Shown: piece by piece, positions 19,094 through 27,506 of the stretch
How the letters are laid out: each line of letters starts with the position of its first letter
How positions within the stretch are numbered: position 1 is the stretch's first letter
From: Candidatus Woesearchaeota archaeon
GTDB taxonomy: Archaea > Nanobdellota > Nanobdellia > Woesearchaeales > SM23-78
Length of the DNA: 64,000 nucleotides
Direction of reading: 5' to 3'
NCBI GenBank assembly: GCA_016932315.1
Contig: JAFGDD010000008.1
Coordinates: 8,588 to 72,587 of the forward strand
Program-made: the position numbers and the translations under genes
The notes under the pieces: model-generated
Seen by the model: the letters and a program-made list of their open reading frames with translations, nothing else
Database searches by the model: none
Told to the model about the DNA's origin: nothing

Positions 19094-19579
19094 ATGAAGC
19101 ATTCTGAAGTTGAGATTGATGGTATTGACAAGAAGATAATCAACAACCTGATTGACAATGCAAGGTACTCCTACAGGCAATTAGCTGGCAAGGTAGGAGT
19201 TTCTGTAGCTACTGTGATGAACAGGGTGAAGAGGCTTGAAAAGGCAGGAGTCATCGCAAAGTACACTATTGGGGTAAAGTATTCTTTCATAGGCTACGAC
19301 ATGCAAATCATAATGGACGTGCGCGTATCCAAGGGAAAGCTCTCTGAAGTAGAGGAGAAAATTGCAAAGCACCCGAATGTTTTTGCAGTCTACGATAACA
19401 CAGGACCGTTTGACGCTACAATAATCGCCAAGTTCAAGGATAGGAGGAGCGCAGACGCCTTTATCAAGCAAGTCCAGAAATATGATTTTGTTGAGAGAAC
19501 AGAGACCAAGCTGCTTCTCAAAACAGTAACAGAGCACATGATAAAGCTGCCAATCAATCCAAACAATAATGGTAACTGA
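19094..19579 (+). CDS. Lrp/AsnC-family transcriptional regulator, divergent from glnA
   Basis: N-terminal HTH (SYRQLAGKVGVSVATVMNRVKRLEKAGVI) followed by a RAM/ACT-like domain. Confidence 0.8.
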   Translation: MKHSEVEIDGIDKKIINNLIDNARYSYRQLAGKVGVSVATVMNRVKRLEKAGVIAKYTIGVKYSFIGYDMQIIMDVRVSKGKLSEVEEKIAKHPNVFAVYDNTGPFDATIIAKFKDRRSADAFIKQVQKYDFVERTETKLLLKTVTEHMIKLPINPNNNGN

Positions 19580-19583
19580 CTCG

Positions 19584-20189
19584 TCAGAAAATAACCTTCT
19601 TGCTTCTTATACTATGATCTACCAGCTCATCAACATTAATCTTTGACTCCTCGTATTCTACTTTCTCAATCTTGGAAGTCGTTGCAGGATTCTGCGATAG
19701 ATATGCGCAACCAGGGCTTTTCTGGATTGACAAATCATAAGTGCCTATTTTTCTTGCTATCTTTATTGTTTCGTTCTTGTCAAAGCCTAATAATGGCTGC
19801 AAAGTCATCATCCTGACTGCTTTGTGGATTACTGCCATGTTATCAAGAGTCTGACTGGCTACCTGCCCAAGAATCTCTCCTGTTATTATGAAGTCGCATT
19901 TTTCTTTCTGAGCAAATTTCTCTGCAACCCTGAGCATCATTCTCTTGCAGAAAATGCATGTAAGCCTTGGATTGCAGTTCTCGCGATAAGCATTATGCGC
20001 TTTTCTGATGTCTGCGAAGAATAATCTCTTAATGCCAATCTTCTTTGCAAGCTCTATTACCTTATTATCTTCTTTATCATTATCATGCATCCTAAGGTGC
20101 AAGGCAACTACTTCAACGCCTTTCTCAATAATCATCTTGCCAGCAACAGGGCTGTCAATGCCTGAGCTAAGAAGAAGTAGTCCTTTCAT
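19584..20189 (-). CDS. ThiI-like PP-loop ATP pyrophosphatase domain protein (no THUMP domain)
   Basis: LLLSSGIDSPVAG matches the SGGIDSPVA PP-loop of ThiI, with Cys residues further downstream. Only 201 aa. Confidence 0.6.
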   Translation of the reverse strand: MKGLLLLSSGIDSPVAGKMIIEKGVEVVALHLRMHDNDKEDNKVIELAKKIGIKRLFFADIRKAHNAYRENCNPRLTCIFCKRMMLRVAEKFAQKEKCDFIITGEILGQVASQTLDNMAVIHKAVRMMTLQPLLGFDKNETIKIARKIGTYDLSIQKSPGCAYLSQNPATTSKIEKVEYEESKINVDELVDHSIRSKKVIF

Positions 20190-20216
20190 GTTTCATCAGT
20201 TCGTATTTTTTATCAG

Positions 20217-20303
20217 TCAAGATAAGCCCTACTCGCTAACGCTCGTCTCGCCATGCACAACAAAAGCAAAGCTTTTGAGTTGCATATGCTGGGCTCGACG
20301 GTC
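20217..20303. mobile_element. MITE-like element, family B (TIR gtcaagataagccc / ggtcttatcttgac), overlapping the flpA 3' end
   Basis: Terminal inverted repeats. The internal tactcgctaacgctcgtctc is shared with the copy at 22922-23017. Confidence 0.5.
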
Positions 20304-20317
20304 TTATCTTGACAACA

Positions 20318-20992
20318 TCATTTCTTCTTGCACACAAAGAATGCATGGTCTCTCTCAAATGGGTCTAGCTCTCGGTAATCAACTACTGTCATAATGCTCT
20401 TATCAAGCTTTAACCGGATTTCCTTGAATATTTCCCGCGGATTCCTTGAGACGTCTATGCTTCTGGCTTTTACTGCTAGTAATCCAAATCCTCCTTTTTT
20501 CAGGAATGCATCGCAATTCTTTAGGAAAATATCTACTTGGTTTCTTTGAGCAATGTCTTGGTAGACGACATCAACCTGCGGAGTGATTAGGCTCTTGTAT
20601 TCTTCTGGGTGGTTGGCGTCTGCGAGTATTGGCGCCATGTTCTTTCTCTCTTCGCAAACAAAAACAAGGTCTCTCACTACTCTTGGCGCGACGTCAAGGC
20701 AGAAAACAAATCCTTCACTATCCACCATGTCTGAGACAAAGCTTGGCGTGTAGCCGTGACTAGCGCCAAGGTAAAGCACAATATCCTTGTCCTTAATGCC
20801 TATCTGGGATGCTCCTTTTTTTATAGCAGCGGCAAGCTTGCTCCTAGTCACATCCCAGCTTCTGTACTCAACCCCATTCTCTTTTACTAGTTCTTCTGCG
20901 AAGAATGCTATGCCAGGCATTAGGTTCTTTGTATAAATAGCTCTCCTATTCCACTTCTCCTCGTAAACATTGAATTTTTTTATTTCTTCCAT
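20318..20992 (-). CDS. flpA: Fibrillarin (2'-O-methyltransferase of C/D box sRNPs)
   Basis: VLYLGASHGYTPSFVSDMV SAM-binding motif and C-terminal DPFERDHAFFV typical of fibrillarin. Confidence 0.9.
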   Translation of the reverse strand: MEEIKKFNVYEEKWNRRAIYTKNLMPGIAFFAEELVKENGVEYRSWDVTRSKLAAAIKKGASQIGIKDKDIVLYLGASHGYTPSFVSDMVDSEGFVFCLDVAPRVVRDLVFVCEERKNMAPILADANHPEEYKSLITPQVDVVYQDIAQRNQVDIFLKNCDAFLKKGGFGLLAVKARSIDVSRNPREIFKEIRLKLDKSIMTVVDYRELDPFERDHAFFVCKKK

Positions 20993-21366
20993 TATCTGAA
21001 CACCATCTTGTAAAGGATTATCCTGCTGAGGCTTACGCTGTACATTATCACGCTTATCAGCAAGGTTATTATGACCAGGAAATCAATTCTTAAGTAATTG
21101 AATAAGAGGCTTAATGCTATGCCTGTCTGGCCGAGGATGATGTAGCTTGAAGTGTGCTCGAAATAATCATGCTTCTTGTGGTCCCTGTGAATCTTTTCCT
21201 CGTAAATCATCCAGAAATACAATAAAAAGCCTATTAGCAAAGTAATGAGATAAAATAATGATTCCTGCTTAAGCCAGTAAAACACAAACCCAAGTATTAT
21301 GACTATCACCAATGCAAGGAATTCCTGCTCAAACAATAAGAGTTTATCATGCCTGCTTATTTTCAT
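20992..21366 (-). CDS. Small hypothetical membrane protein (3-4 predicted TM helices) between nop5 and flpA
   Basis: Hydrophobic helices (LALVIVIILGFVFYWL, YLITLLIGFLLYFWMIY, FLVIITLLISVIMYSV). Start and stop overlap the neighbouring genes (ATGA-type junctions). Confidence 0.4.
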   Translation of the reverse strand: MKISRHDKLLLFEQEFLALVIVIILGFVFYWLKQESLFYLITLLIGFLLYFWMIYEEKIHRDHKKHDYFEHTSSYIILGQTGIALSLLFNYLRIDFLVIITLLISVIMYSVSLSRIILYKMVFR

Positions 21367-22097
21367 TTGAACCTCACCTCTAATTCTTGCAATAATTTGT
21401 CAGCAATAAACTTACCCTTGAAATAATCAACCCTTACAGCTAGGAATATCTTGTCAGCAACTGCCCTTGCAGCCTTTCCCCTATCCTTTGGCTTTGCCCT
21501 CTGCACTAATTGGTGCTGCAATAAGTAGCCGTACTTGGGGGGCTTGGCACCTGTCTTTATGTGCCTGAACAAGGCTTTTTCTGCTCCTAATAATTGTATT
21601 GTGCTGCTCCTCATCATTGCAAGCCTTTTTAGGCTGCCTGCTTCGCATAATAGCTTTGCACCAATGCCTGCACCTGCCAGTGTTGCAAGGTTAGGGCAGT
21701 ATGATTTCATAGTCTTCTCAAGGTAATCTTCTAATAATTTGCTCTCCCTTCCCATGTCAGCAATAATGCTTGCCATTGAAAGAATTGGCTCAATATCTTT
21801 TTTTTCAAAATCAAAACCCATCTCATCAGCCAGCTTTAATTCCTTCTGCAAAGCCTTCTTGTCCTCTTTCAAAACAAGCTTGACAAAAACCTCATGGTCA
21901 GCAATCTTCTTGTCCAAGCCAGGAAAATAAAGAGAATACCATTCCCTGAGCCTCTTGCTCAGAGTATTAATTATCTTCTGCAACTCATCAATATTATTCG
22001 CAGCATTGATTATGAACAAGTCAGGACTAACGCTCTGCCGAACTGCCTTCTTCGCCAGTTCAAGGTTCTTTTTGCGCAAATCAGCTAGCTTTGCCAT
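21363..22097 (-). CDS. nop5: Nop5 (Nop56/58) homolog consisting of coiled-coil + Nop domain only. N-terminal fibrillarin-binding domain absent.
   Basis: Nop-domain signature NLATLAGAGIGAKLLCEAGSLKRLAMMRSSTIQLLGAEKALFRHIKTGAKPPKYGYLLQH..AARAVADKIFLAVRVD. Only 244 aa. Confidence 0.8.
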   Translation of the reverse strand: MAKLADLRKKNLELAKKAVRQSVSPDLFIINAANNIDELQKIINTLSKRLREWYSLYFPGLDKKIADHEVFVKLVLKEDKKALQKELKLADEMGFDFEKKDIEPILSMASIIADMGRESKLLEDYLEKTMKSYCPNLATLAGAGIGAKLLCEAGSLKRLAMMRSSTIQLLGAEKALFRHIKTGAKPPKYGYLLQHQLVQRAKPKDRGKAARAVADKIFLAVRVDYFKGKFIADKLLQELEVRFK

Positions 22098-22279
22098 TAA
22101 AAAGCAATAATCAGTGTAATCTTTTAAATGTTGCTAAAAATACGTTTTGAGCGGAGAAACCCCGGATTTTTATGCTAGCATTTTATTAATCAGTGTTTCT
22201 ACTATGAATAAATGCAAAGCCTTAAATATTAGTTATACATAAATATAACATAAATATAATTATTTTTAAGGTGATTTGC

Positions 22280-22489
22280 ATGGCGGTCGAGATAATGCTA
22301 AGAAAATGGGGCAACTCTATTGGCGGGGTGTTCCCGAAGAGCTTTGTTGAGGAGCACGGATTAAAGCCAAATGAGAAAATATTTGTTGACGTGGTGAAAA
22401 AAACTGACCTTACGCCTATTTTTGGCAGCTTGAAGTTCAAGAGAAGCGCTCAGGCAATGAAGGACGAGGCAAGAAAAGGATGGGATTAA
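22280..22489 (+). CDS. AbrB/SpoVT (swapped-hairpin) antitoxin, VapB-like
   Basis: MAVEIMLRKWGNSIGGVFPK is characteristic of AbrB-type antitoxins. Its stop overlaps the start of the PIN gene. Confidence 0.55.
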   Translation: MAVEIMLRKWGNSIGGVFPKSFVEEHGLKPNEKIFVDVVKKTDLTPIFGSLKFKRSAQAMKDEARKGWD

Positions 22490-22869
22490 AGTCTATTAAT
22501 TCAAAGACATATTTTTTTGACACCTATGCTTTTATCGAAGCTATAAATGGAAACAAGAATTATCAGCCTTACATGAAAGGCTCTACCATCATAACAACGC
22601 TGCTCAACCTAATGGAACTACACTATATCACTCTTAAAGATATCAGCGAAAAAATTGCTGATGCACATTATGAATTCTTCAGAGACCTGGCAATTGATAT
22701 AAGTGATGAAGTAATCAAGAAGGCCAACATATTCAGATATGCCAATCGGAAGAAAAAGCTGTCCTATACTGATTGCATCGGGTACACTCTTGCAAGAATG
22801 CGCAACATAAAGTTTCTAACAGGCGACAATGCATTCAAGGGAATTGAAGGAGTGGAGTTTGTGAAATAA
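22480..22869 (+). CDS. PIN-domain ribonuclease (VapC-like toxin)
   Basis: Acidic residues in the PIN pattern (FFDTYAFIEA, LSYTDCIGYTLA, FLTGD). 129 aa. Confidence 0.6.
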   Translation: MGLKSINSKTYFFDTYAFIEAINGNKNYQPYMKGSTIITTLLNLMELHYITLKDISEKIADAHYEFFRDLAIDISDEVIKKANIFRYANRKKKLSYTDCIGYTLARMRNIKFLTGDNAFKGIEGVEFVK

Positions 22870-22921
22870 GTGCACAAAACACTACTTTTAAAAACTCTTG
22901 TAAATAAACTAATAATATGTT

Positions 22922-23017
22922 GTCAAAATAAGCCCTACTCACTAGCGCTCGTCTCAGCCATTGCAAATTTGCTGATGCAAATGTTGCAAACAAAGGCTTC
23001 GACGGTCTTATTTTGAC
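22922..23017. mobile_element. MITE-like element, family B (TIR gtcaaaataagccc / ggtcttattttgac)
   Basis: Same termini and internal tactcactagcgctcgtctc block as the 20217-20303 copy. Sits between the vapC stop and the aRF1 start. Confidence 0.5.
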
Positions 23018-23034
23018 TTAATACGTGATTTATC

Positions 23035-24159
23035 ATGGCAGATGACAAGAAAGACCAGGTAAAGGTTAGTGCAAAGGAAAAGCTCAAGCTCAAGCACATA
23101 ATAAAGGAACTTGAGCATCATAGAGGTAGGCATACTGAACTTGTGTCTGTTTACGTCCCGGCAGGCTATGACCTTAACAAGATTATCAATCATCTCCAGC
23201 AGGAGCAAGGAACTGCTTCCAACATCAAGAGCGCGCAGACAAGGAATAATGTTATCAGCTCATTGGAAAGAATGGTTCAGCACCTGAAGCTCTTCAAGCA
23301 GACCCCGCCGAACGGCTTGGCTGTTTTCTCTGGCAACGTTGCTGAGCGCGAGGGCCAGCAGGATTTTAAGGTTTGGAGTCTTGAGCCGCCAGTGCCTCTT
23401 AACATCCGTATTTATCGCTGCGACAAGGAATTTGTGCTTGAACCTTTGCAGCAAATGGTGCAACACGAAGAAGTTTACGGCTTGGTAGTGCTTGACAGGA
23501 GGGATGCTACCATTGCATTATTGAAAGGCAAGACTATTGTTCCTTTACAAAGCACTCACTCAGAAGTTCCTGGAAAGATAAGGGCAGGAGGACAATCAGC
23601 TCCGAGGTTTGCAAGATTAAGAGAGATTGCGATAAAGGATCATTACAAGAAAATCGCTGATTACATGAAAGAGCAGTTCCTTTACACGAAAGAGTTGAAA
23701 GGAATACTAATAGGAGGACCAAGCACCACTACTAATGAGTTCGTCACTCACGGCTACCTGACAGGAGACATACAGGCAAAAGTAATTGCTGTCAAGGACT
23801 TATCTTATACTGACGAATTCGGGTTGCAGGAATTATTGGAGAAAAGCCAGGATGTACTGGCTGAGGAAGAAGTTGCAAAGGAAAAGGTTGTTGTCCAGAA
23901 ATTCTTTAACCTCCTCGCTACAAGGCAGGAAATGGTCAGCTATGGAGAAAAATATGTGAGGGACTGCCTTGCAATGGGAGCAGTGGACACCTTGCTATTA
24001 TCAGAAACTGTTGATGACAAGCTGATGGACGAGTTTGACAAGGAAGCCCAAAAGTTTGGCACCAAGACAGAAGTAATATCCACAGAAACAAGGGAAGGAG
24101 TGCAGCTCAAGGAAATGGGCGGAATTGCAGCCATACTCAGGTATCCTGTGCATGTGTAA
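23035..24159 (+). CDS. prf1: Peptide chain release factor aRF1
   Basis: NIKS stop-codon recognition motif (TASNIKSAQTRNNV) and GGQ motif (RAGGQSAPRFARL). Confidence 0.95.
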   Translation: MADDKKDQVKVSAKEKLKLKHIIKELEHHRGRHTELVSVYVPAGYDLNKIINHLQQEQGTASNIKSAQTRNNVISSLERMVQHLKLFKQTPPNGLAVFSGNVAEREGQQDFKVWSLEPPVPLNIRIYRCDKEFVLEPLQQMVQHEEVYGLVVLDRRDATIALLKGKTIVPLQSTHSEVPGKIRAGGQSAPRFARLREIAIKDHYKKIADYMKEQFLYTKELKGILIGGPSTTTNEFVTHGYLTGDIQAKVIAVKDLSYTDEFGLQELLEKSQDVLAEEEVAKEKVVVQKFFNLLATRQEMVSYGEKYVRDCLAMGAVDTLLLSETVDDKLMDEFDKEAQKFGTKTEVISTETREGVQLKEMGGIAAILRYPVHV

Positions 24160-24237
24160 GATTTCTAAATAAGCAGAGCATCAACATTTTTCTTACAGCA
24201 GGTTTTCTCTCATAACAGATCCCGGAAATTGCAACAT

Positions 24238-25332
24238 TTACAACAAATTGTAGAAGTTGGTTATCACATTGCAGCAGCCGTAAAGCCCAATGTTTGTGTT
24301 CATTATCACAAAGACAGGGACTTTTCTCAGGAGAGCTTCTTCCCTTGCGTGCTTGTGGAACTCATCAATGAACCTGCTGTCCTTGAAAGCAGCCAGTTTT
24401 TTCAGCACAATTTTGCCGTCAAGGAATAATCCCCCGTAGCACTCTGACACCAATGCAAGGTTCTTGGCAGCCCTTGCATAATATTTTGCGAACAAGTCAA
24501 TGGTCTTGGTGCAAAGCTCATCCTTGCCATAACCAGAATCTATCAATTCAAACTTCTCATCGCCGTTCGCAGAATCAATTCTCTTAACAAGTTCTGTAAC
24601 CGCCGCATTATTCTTGCTTCTCAGGAAATCATATATGTTGCCAAAGCCTCTGCCTGACAATAAAATCTCGTATTCTGGCTGGAAATTTAAGGAGTGTTTC
24701 TTTTTCAGGAACTCCAGCAACTCCCTGTCATCATCGCCATAAGGAGCAAAATCCATGTGCCCTCCTTCAGACGGCAAAGGAACATAAAGGTGCTTGTGGC
24801 GGTTGTAATAAGCAATGCTCATGCCCAGCCCGGTTCCTGCTCCGATGACAGCCCTGGTGTTGCCGAAAACCCCTGCAACATCAGGCTTCAAAGAAAAAAT
24901 GTCCTTGCTGAAATCCAGGCAGTCAAGCCCAAAGCCAATAGCCTCGAAATCATTAATCAACCCAACATGAGCAAGCAGAGTATTTGAGAGGATTTCTGAT
25001 TTCTTTATTTCAAGCCCTGCATTCATTAGCCTGATATGGTCTCTTTTCCTGGAAACAGGTCCTGCGGCGCAGATGCAGCAGCGGCTAATCTCAATCCCGA
25101 AGCGCTCATAAGACTGCTTAAGAATTTCATTAAGCAGCTGATGGATTTCAGAGATCTCCTTCGTTGGGATGTAATGCTTGTAGAGCAGGTCATAATGCAC
25201 GTCGCTCTTAACGCCAAAAACAGCAAAATAAGAATTAGTTCCGCCTATGTCTGCGACAACGCAAAAAAACCTGTAGCAAGACTTGTCAAACTCATAAGTA
25301 GGAAAAACAAACACCTCTTTTAGCATAATCAT
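24238..25332 (-). CDS. Glucokinase (Glk family, ROK-like sugar kinase fold)
   Basis: VVADIGGTNSYFAV matches the Glk phosphate-1 motif and GAGTGLG the phosphate-2 motif. 364 aa. Confidence 0.65.
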   Translation of the reverse strand: MIMLKEVFVFPTYEFDKSCYRFFCVVADIGGTNSYFAVFGVKSDVHYDLLYKHYIPTKEISEIHQLLNEILKQSYERFGIEISRCCICAAGPVSRKRDHIRLMNAGLEIKKSEILSNTLLAHVGLINDFEAIGFGLDCLDFSKDIFSLKPDVAGVFGNTRAVIGAGTGLGMSIAYYNRHKHLYVPLPSEGGHMDFAPYGDDDRELLEFLKKKHSLNFQPEYEILLSGRGFGNIYDFLRSKNNAAVTELVKRIDSANGDEKFELIDSGYGKDELCTKTIDLFAKYYARAAKNLALVSECYGGLFLDGKIVLKKLAAFKDSRFIDEFHKHAREEALLRKVPVFVIMNTNIGLYGCCNVITNFYNLL

Positions 25333-25392
25333 AGAGAAGGGTAAAGGAGTATATAAATATTATCAATTCACTTAGGCTCTGTTGAAAATTTC

Positions 25393-25498
25393 GAAAAAGT
25401 GCTCTACTCTGCACCCCGAAGGGGTAACCCCCGCCGAGCAACCGCCTTGCCTAGCCTTTTGGCGTCGGCAACGGTGGCGGGTGACGCGCACTTTTTCA
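25393..25498. mobile_element. MITE-like element related to family A (TIR gaaaaagtgc / gcactttttc)
   Basis: Perfect 10-bp TIRs. GC-rich core (gcaccccgaaggggtaacccccgccgagcaaccgcc) in an AT-rich intergenic region. Confidence 0.45.
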
Positions 25499-25615
25499 AC
25501 ACACACCAATTCACTTAGTTATTATCTGAGCCTGTTTTAATAATAGGAACCTGTTTTTATTATTTGAATCTGTTTTATACGAGCCCATCAGAATAGATGC
25601 ATCACTCATCACATA

Positions 25616-26320
25616 TCAGAGATACCTTCCGCTGAAAGGTATTCTTGAAGGCTTTTTTATCCTGTCATTAAAGAAAACAGCCATCCAGCCTTTGTCAGAA
25701 GGAACAGGGTCAAACCACCGCTTATTGAACTCATCGTAATCAAGAGCATAATAAAATGATTGATTGCCATAAATCTTGGCGCCGGGATCAGCCACAAATA
25801 TTTTATGCTTTCTGTTGTCTAGCATTTCAAAACCTCTGATGATTGAATAATGCCCGACCAAGTTGTCATCCTTTGTTGGCCTGAGATACTGCCAGTTGAC
25901 AAGAACAGGCAGCTTGTTCTGCAAAAAATATTTAAGTTCGTCAAGAGAAGCATTCTTCTTGATAAATCCTTTAAGCCCGACTTCCTTTGCTATGGCTATT
26001 ATTCCTGTAGTGCCGCAGCCTTCGTCAGGCTGCTTAAGTATTCCGTCATGCTCAATGCTCTGGAGATGCTTCTCAGCATTGTAACTGATATCGAACAATC
26101 TTTCCTGGGAAACTTCTCTTCCAGTAAGATAAAATATATAGCTTTGCATGGATGCCAGGGCGCAAAAATAGCCGTTCTTCTGCTCACGCATCACCAAGTC
26201 TTCAAGCATTATTTTATCCATGAAAATCATCACATCATAAGCATTATAGTCTGGCGGACTCATTAATGGTTTATAACCCTTTTGATAATGAAAATTTTTA
26301 TATTTTCGCCTTAATATCAT
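25616..26320 (-). CDS. Putative papain-like cysteine peptidase (C39-like)
   Basis: Candidate Cys (QPDEGCGTTG), His (VGHYSIIRGF) and Asp (FVADPG) in the order expected for C39/papain-like folds. Weak. Confidence 0.3.
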   Translation of the reverse strand: MILRRKYKNFHYQKGYKPLMSPPDYNAYDVMIFMDKIMLEDLVMREQKNGYFCALASMQSYIFYLTGREVSQERLFDISYNAEKHLQSIEHDGILKQPDEGCGTTGIIAIAKEVGLKGFIKKNASLDELKYFLQNKLPVLVNWQYLRPTKDDNLVGHYSIIRGFEMLDNRKHKIFVADPGAKIYGNQSFYYALDYDEFNKRWFDPVPSDKGWMAVFFNDRIKKPSRIPFSGRYL

Positions 26321-26711
26321 CCCTTATTTTCAGAAGTACCTCAAGAGGGATGTTTTTTTTAGGATAAGGAGCATAATTTCCTGTTGGGTTTGGGTCTATA
26401 AATTCGATTCCATAAAATTTTCTTGGAGAATAAAACCTTGGTATCAGATGAGCGTGAAGGTGGGGGGTTTCATTGCCAAATATTGCAATATTCGGCCTTA
26501 TCTCTCCGTAAATCTCGCTGATTACTTTTTCCCATAACGGAATAATCGTTGAGAATAGTTCTTCTCTCTCATCAAGATTCATGTCAGAAACTTTGTCAGC
26601 CTCTGGCCTAATAGCCCAGGCATAGCATCTTCCAATATAAGGGAACTGTTTTTCATGAAGGTATAACCCCCATCGGTCAAAATTCTTAATCTTGAATTGT
26701 TCATAACCCAT
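26298..26711 (-). CDS. HIT-family nucleotide hydrolase/transferase
   Basis: Histidine triad HLHAHLIPR. 137 aa. Confidence 0.7.
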   Translation of the reverse strand: MGYEQFKIKNFDRWGLYLHEKQFPYIGRCYAWAIRPEADKVSDMNLDEREELFSTIIPLWEKVISEIYGEIRPNIAIFGNETPHLHAHLIPRFYSPRKFYGIEFIDPNPTGNYAPYPKKNIPLEVLLKIRDDIKAKI

Positions 26712-26804
26712 GAATACTAGGAAACTTGTGCTATATTATATGCTTTTGCGTTTATTCCATTAAATTAGAAATTTTTATAAGCCTAACCAGCAGTTCACAT
26801 CATC

Positions 26805-27506
26805 ATGAACCTTGCTGAACGCGCATTTTCTGAATTGTTCCCTGAGAAAAAATCATCAAGGCAAATGGTCGTCAAGTATTCTAGGGCTTTCAATGCTTAC
26901 AACGCAAATGTCAAGTACACTGCCTTTTCAATGACTTTCAGCCTTTCACGGCAATGGAAGAAGGTTGGCAGTGAAATCCAGATAGGATTAATCCAGTCAT
27001 TGCTGCTCAAGGTTTACAAGGAGAAGAAAAACACTATTAATATTGACTTGTACAACAAGTTCATTAAGAGCATCGGGGATTATTCAGAGGTTACTGAGAG
27101 TGATCCTGTTTTAGAGCAGAGCTTTAACCGCGTCAATGAGAAATACTTTTATGGCATGCTTGACAAGCCCAACCTTAAATGGGGTGGTAACAGCTTTTCA
27201 AAGCTAGGCACTTATGAGTATGGAGCCAACATGGTGACAATATCTAGCATCTTCAAGGCAAGGGAGGATGATAAGCAAGCAGAGGAACTGCTGGATTATA
27301 TCATGTACCATGAGCTATTGCACAAGAAGCACAAGTTCAGCACCAAAAACGGCAGGAGCTATCATCACACCAAGCATTTCAGGGAGAAAGAAAAGGCTTT
27401 TGAAAACCCTAACATTGAGGATGAATTAAAAAAATTCCTTAACAGGAAAAGTATAAGGCACGCATTCACTCCGAGAAAAAAATCCTGGATTATGAGGTTC
27501 TTCTAG
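26805..27506 (+). CDS. Zincin-like protein with HExxH motif (SprT/DUF45-like)
   Basis: MYHELLHKKH contains HExxH, preceded by NLKWGGNSFSKLGTYEYGANMVTISSIF, which is SprT-like. Confidence 0.4.
   Translation: MNLAERAFSELFPEKKSSRQMVVKYSRAFNAYNANVKYTAFSMTFSLSRQWKKVGSEIQIGLIQSLLLKVYKEKKNTINIDLYNKFIKSIGDYSEVTESDPVLEQSFNRVNEKYFYGMLDKPNLKWGGNSFSKLGTYEYGANMVTISSIFKAREDDKQAEELLDYIMYHELLHKKHKFSTKNGRSYHHTKHFREKEKAFENPNIEDELKKFLNRKSIRHAFTPRKKSWIMRFF

Noticed and set aside
24229-24429. 66-aa plus-strand ORF at the glucokinase 3' end
   Set aside because: Antisense to the glucokinase C-terminus. No support.
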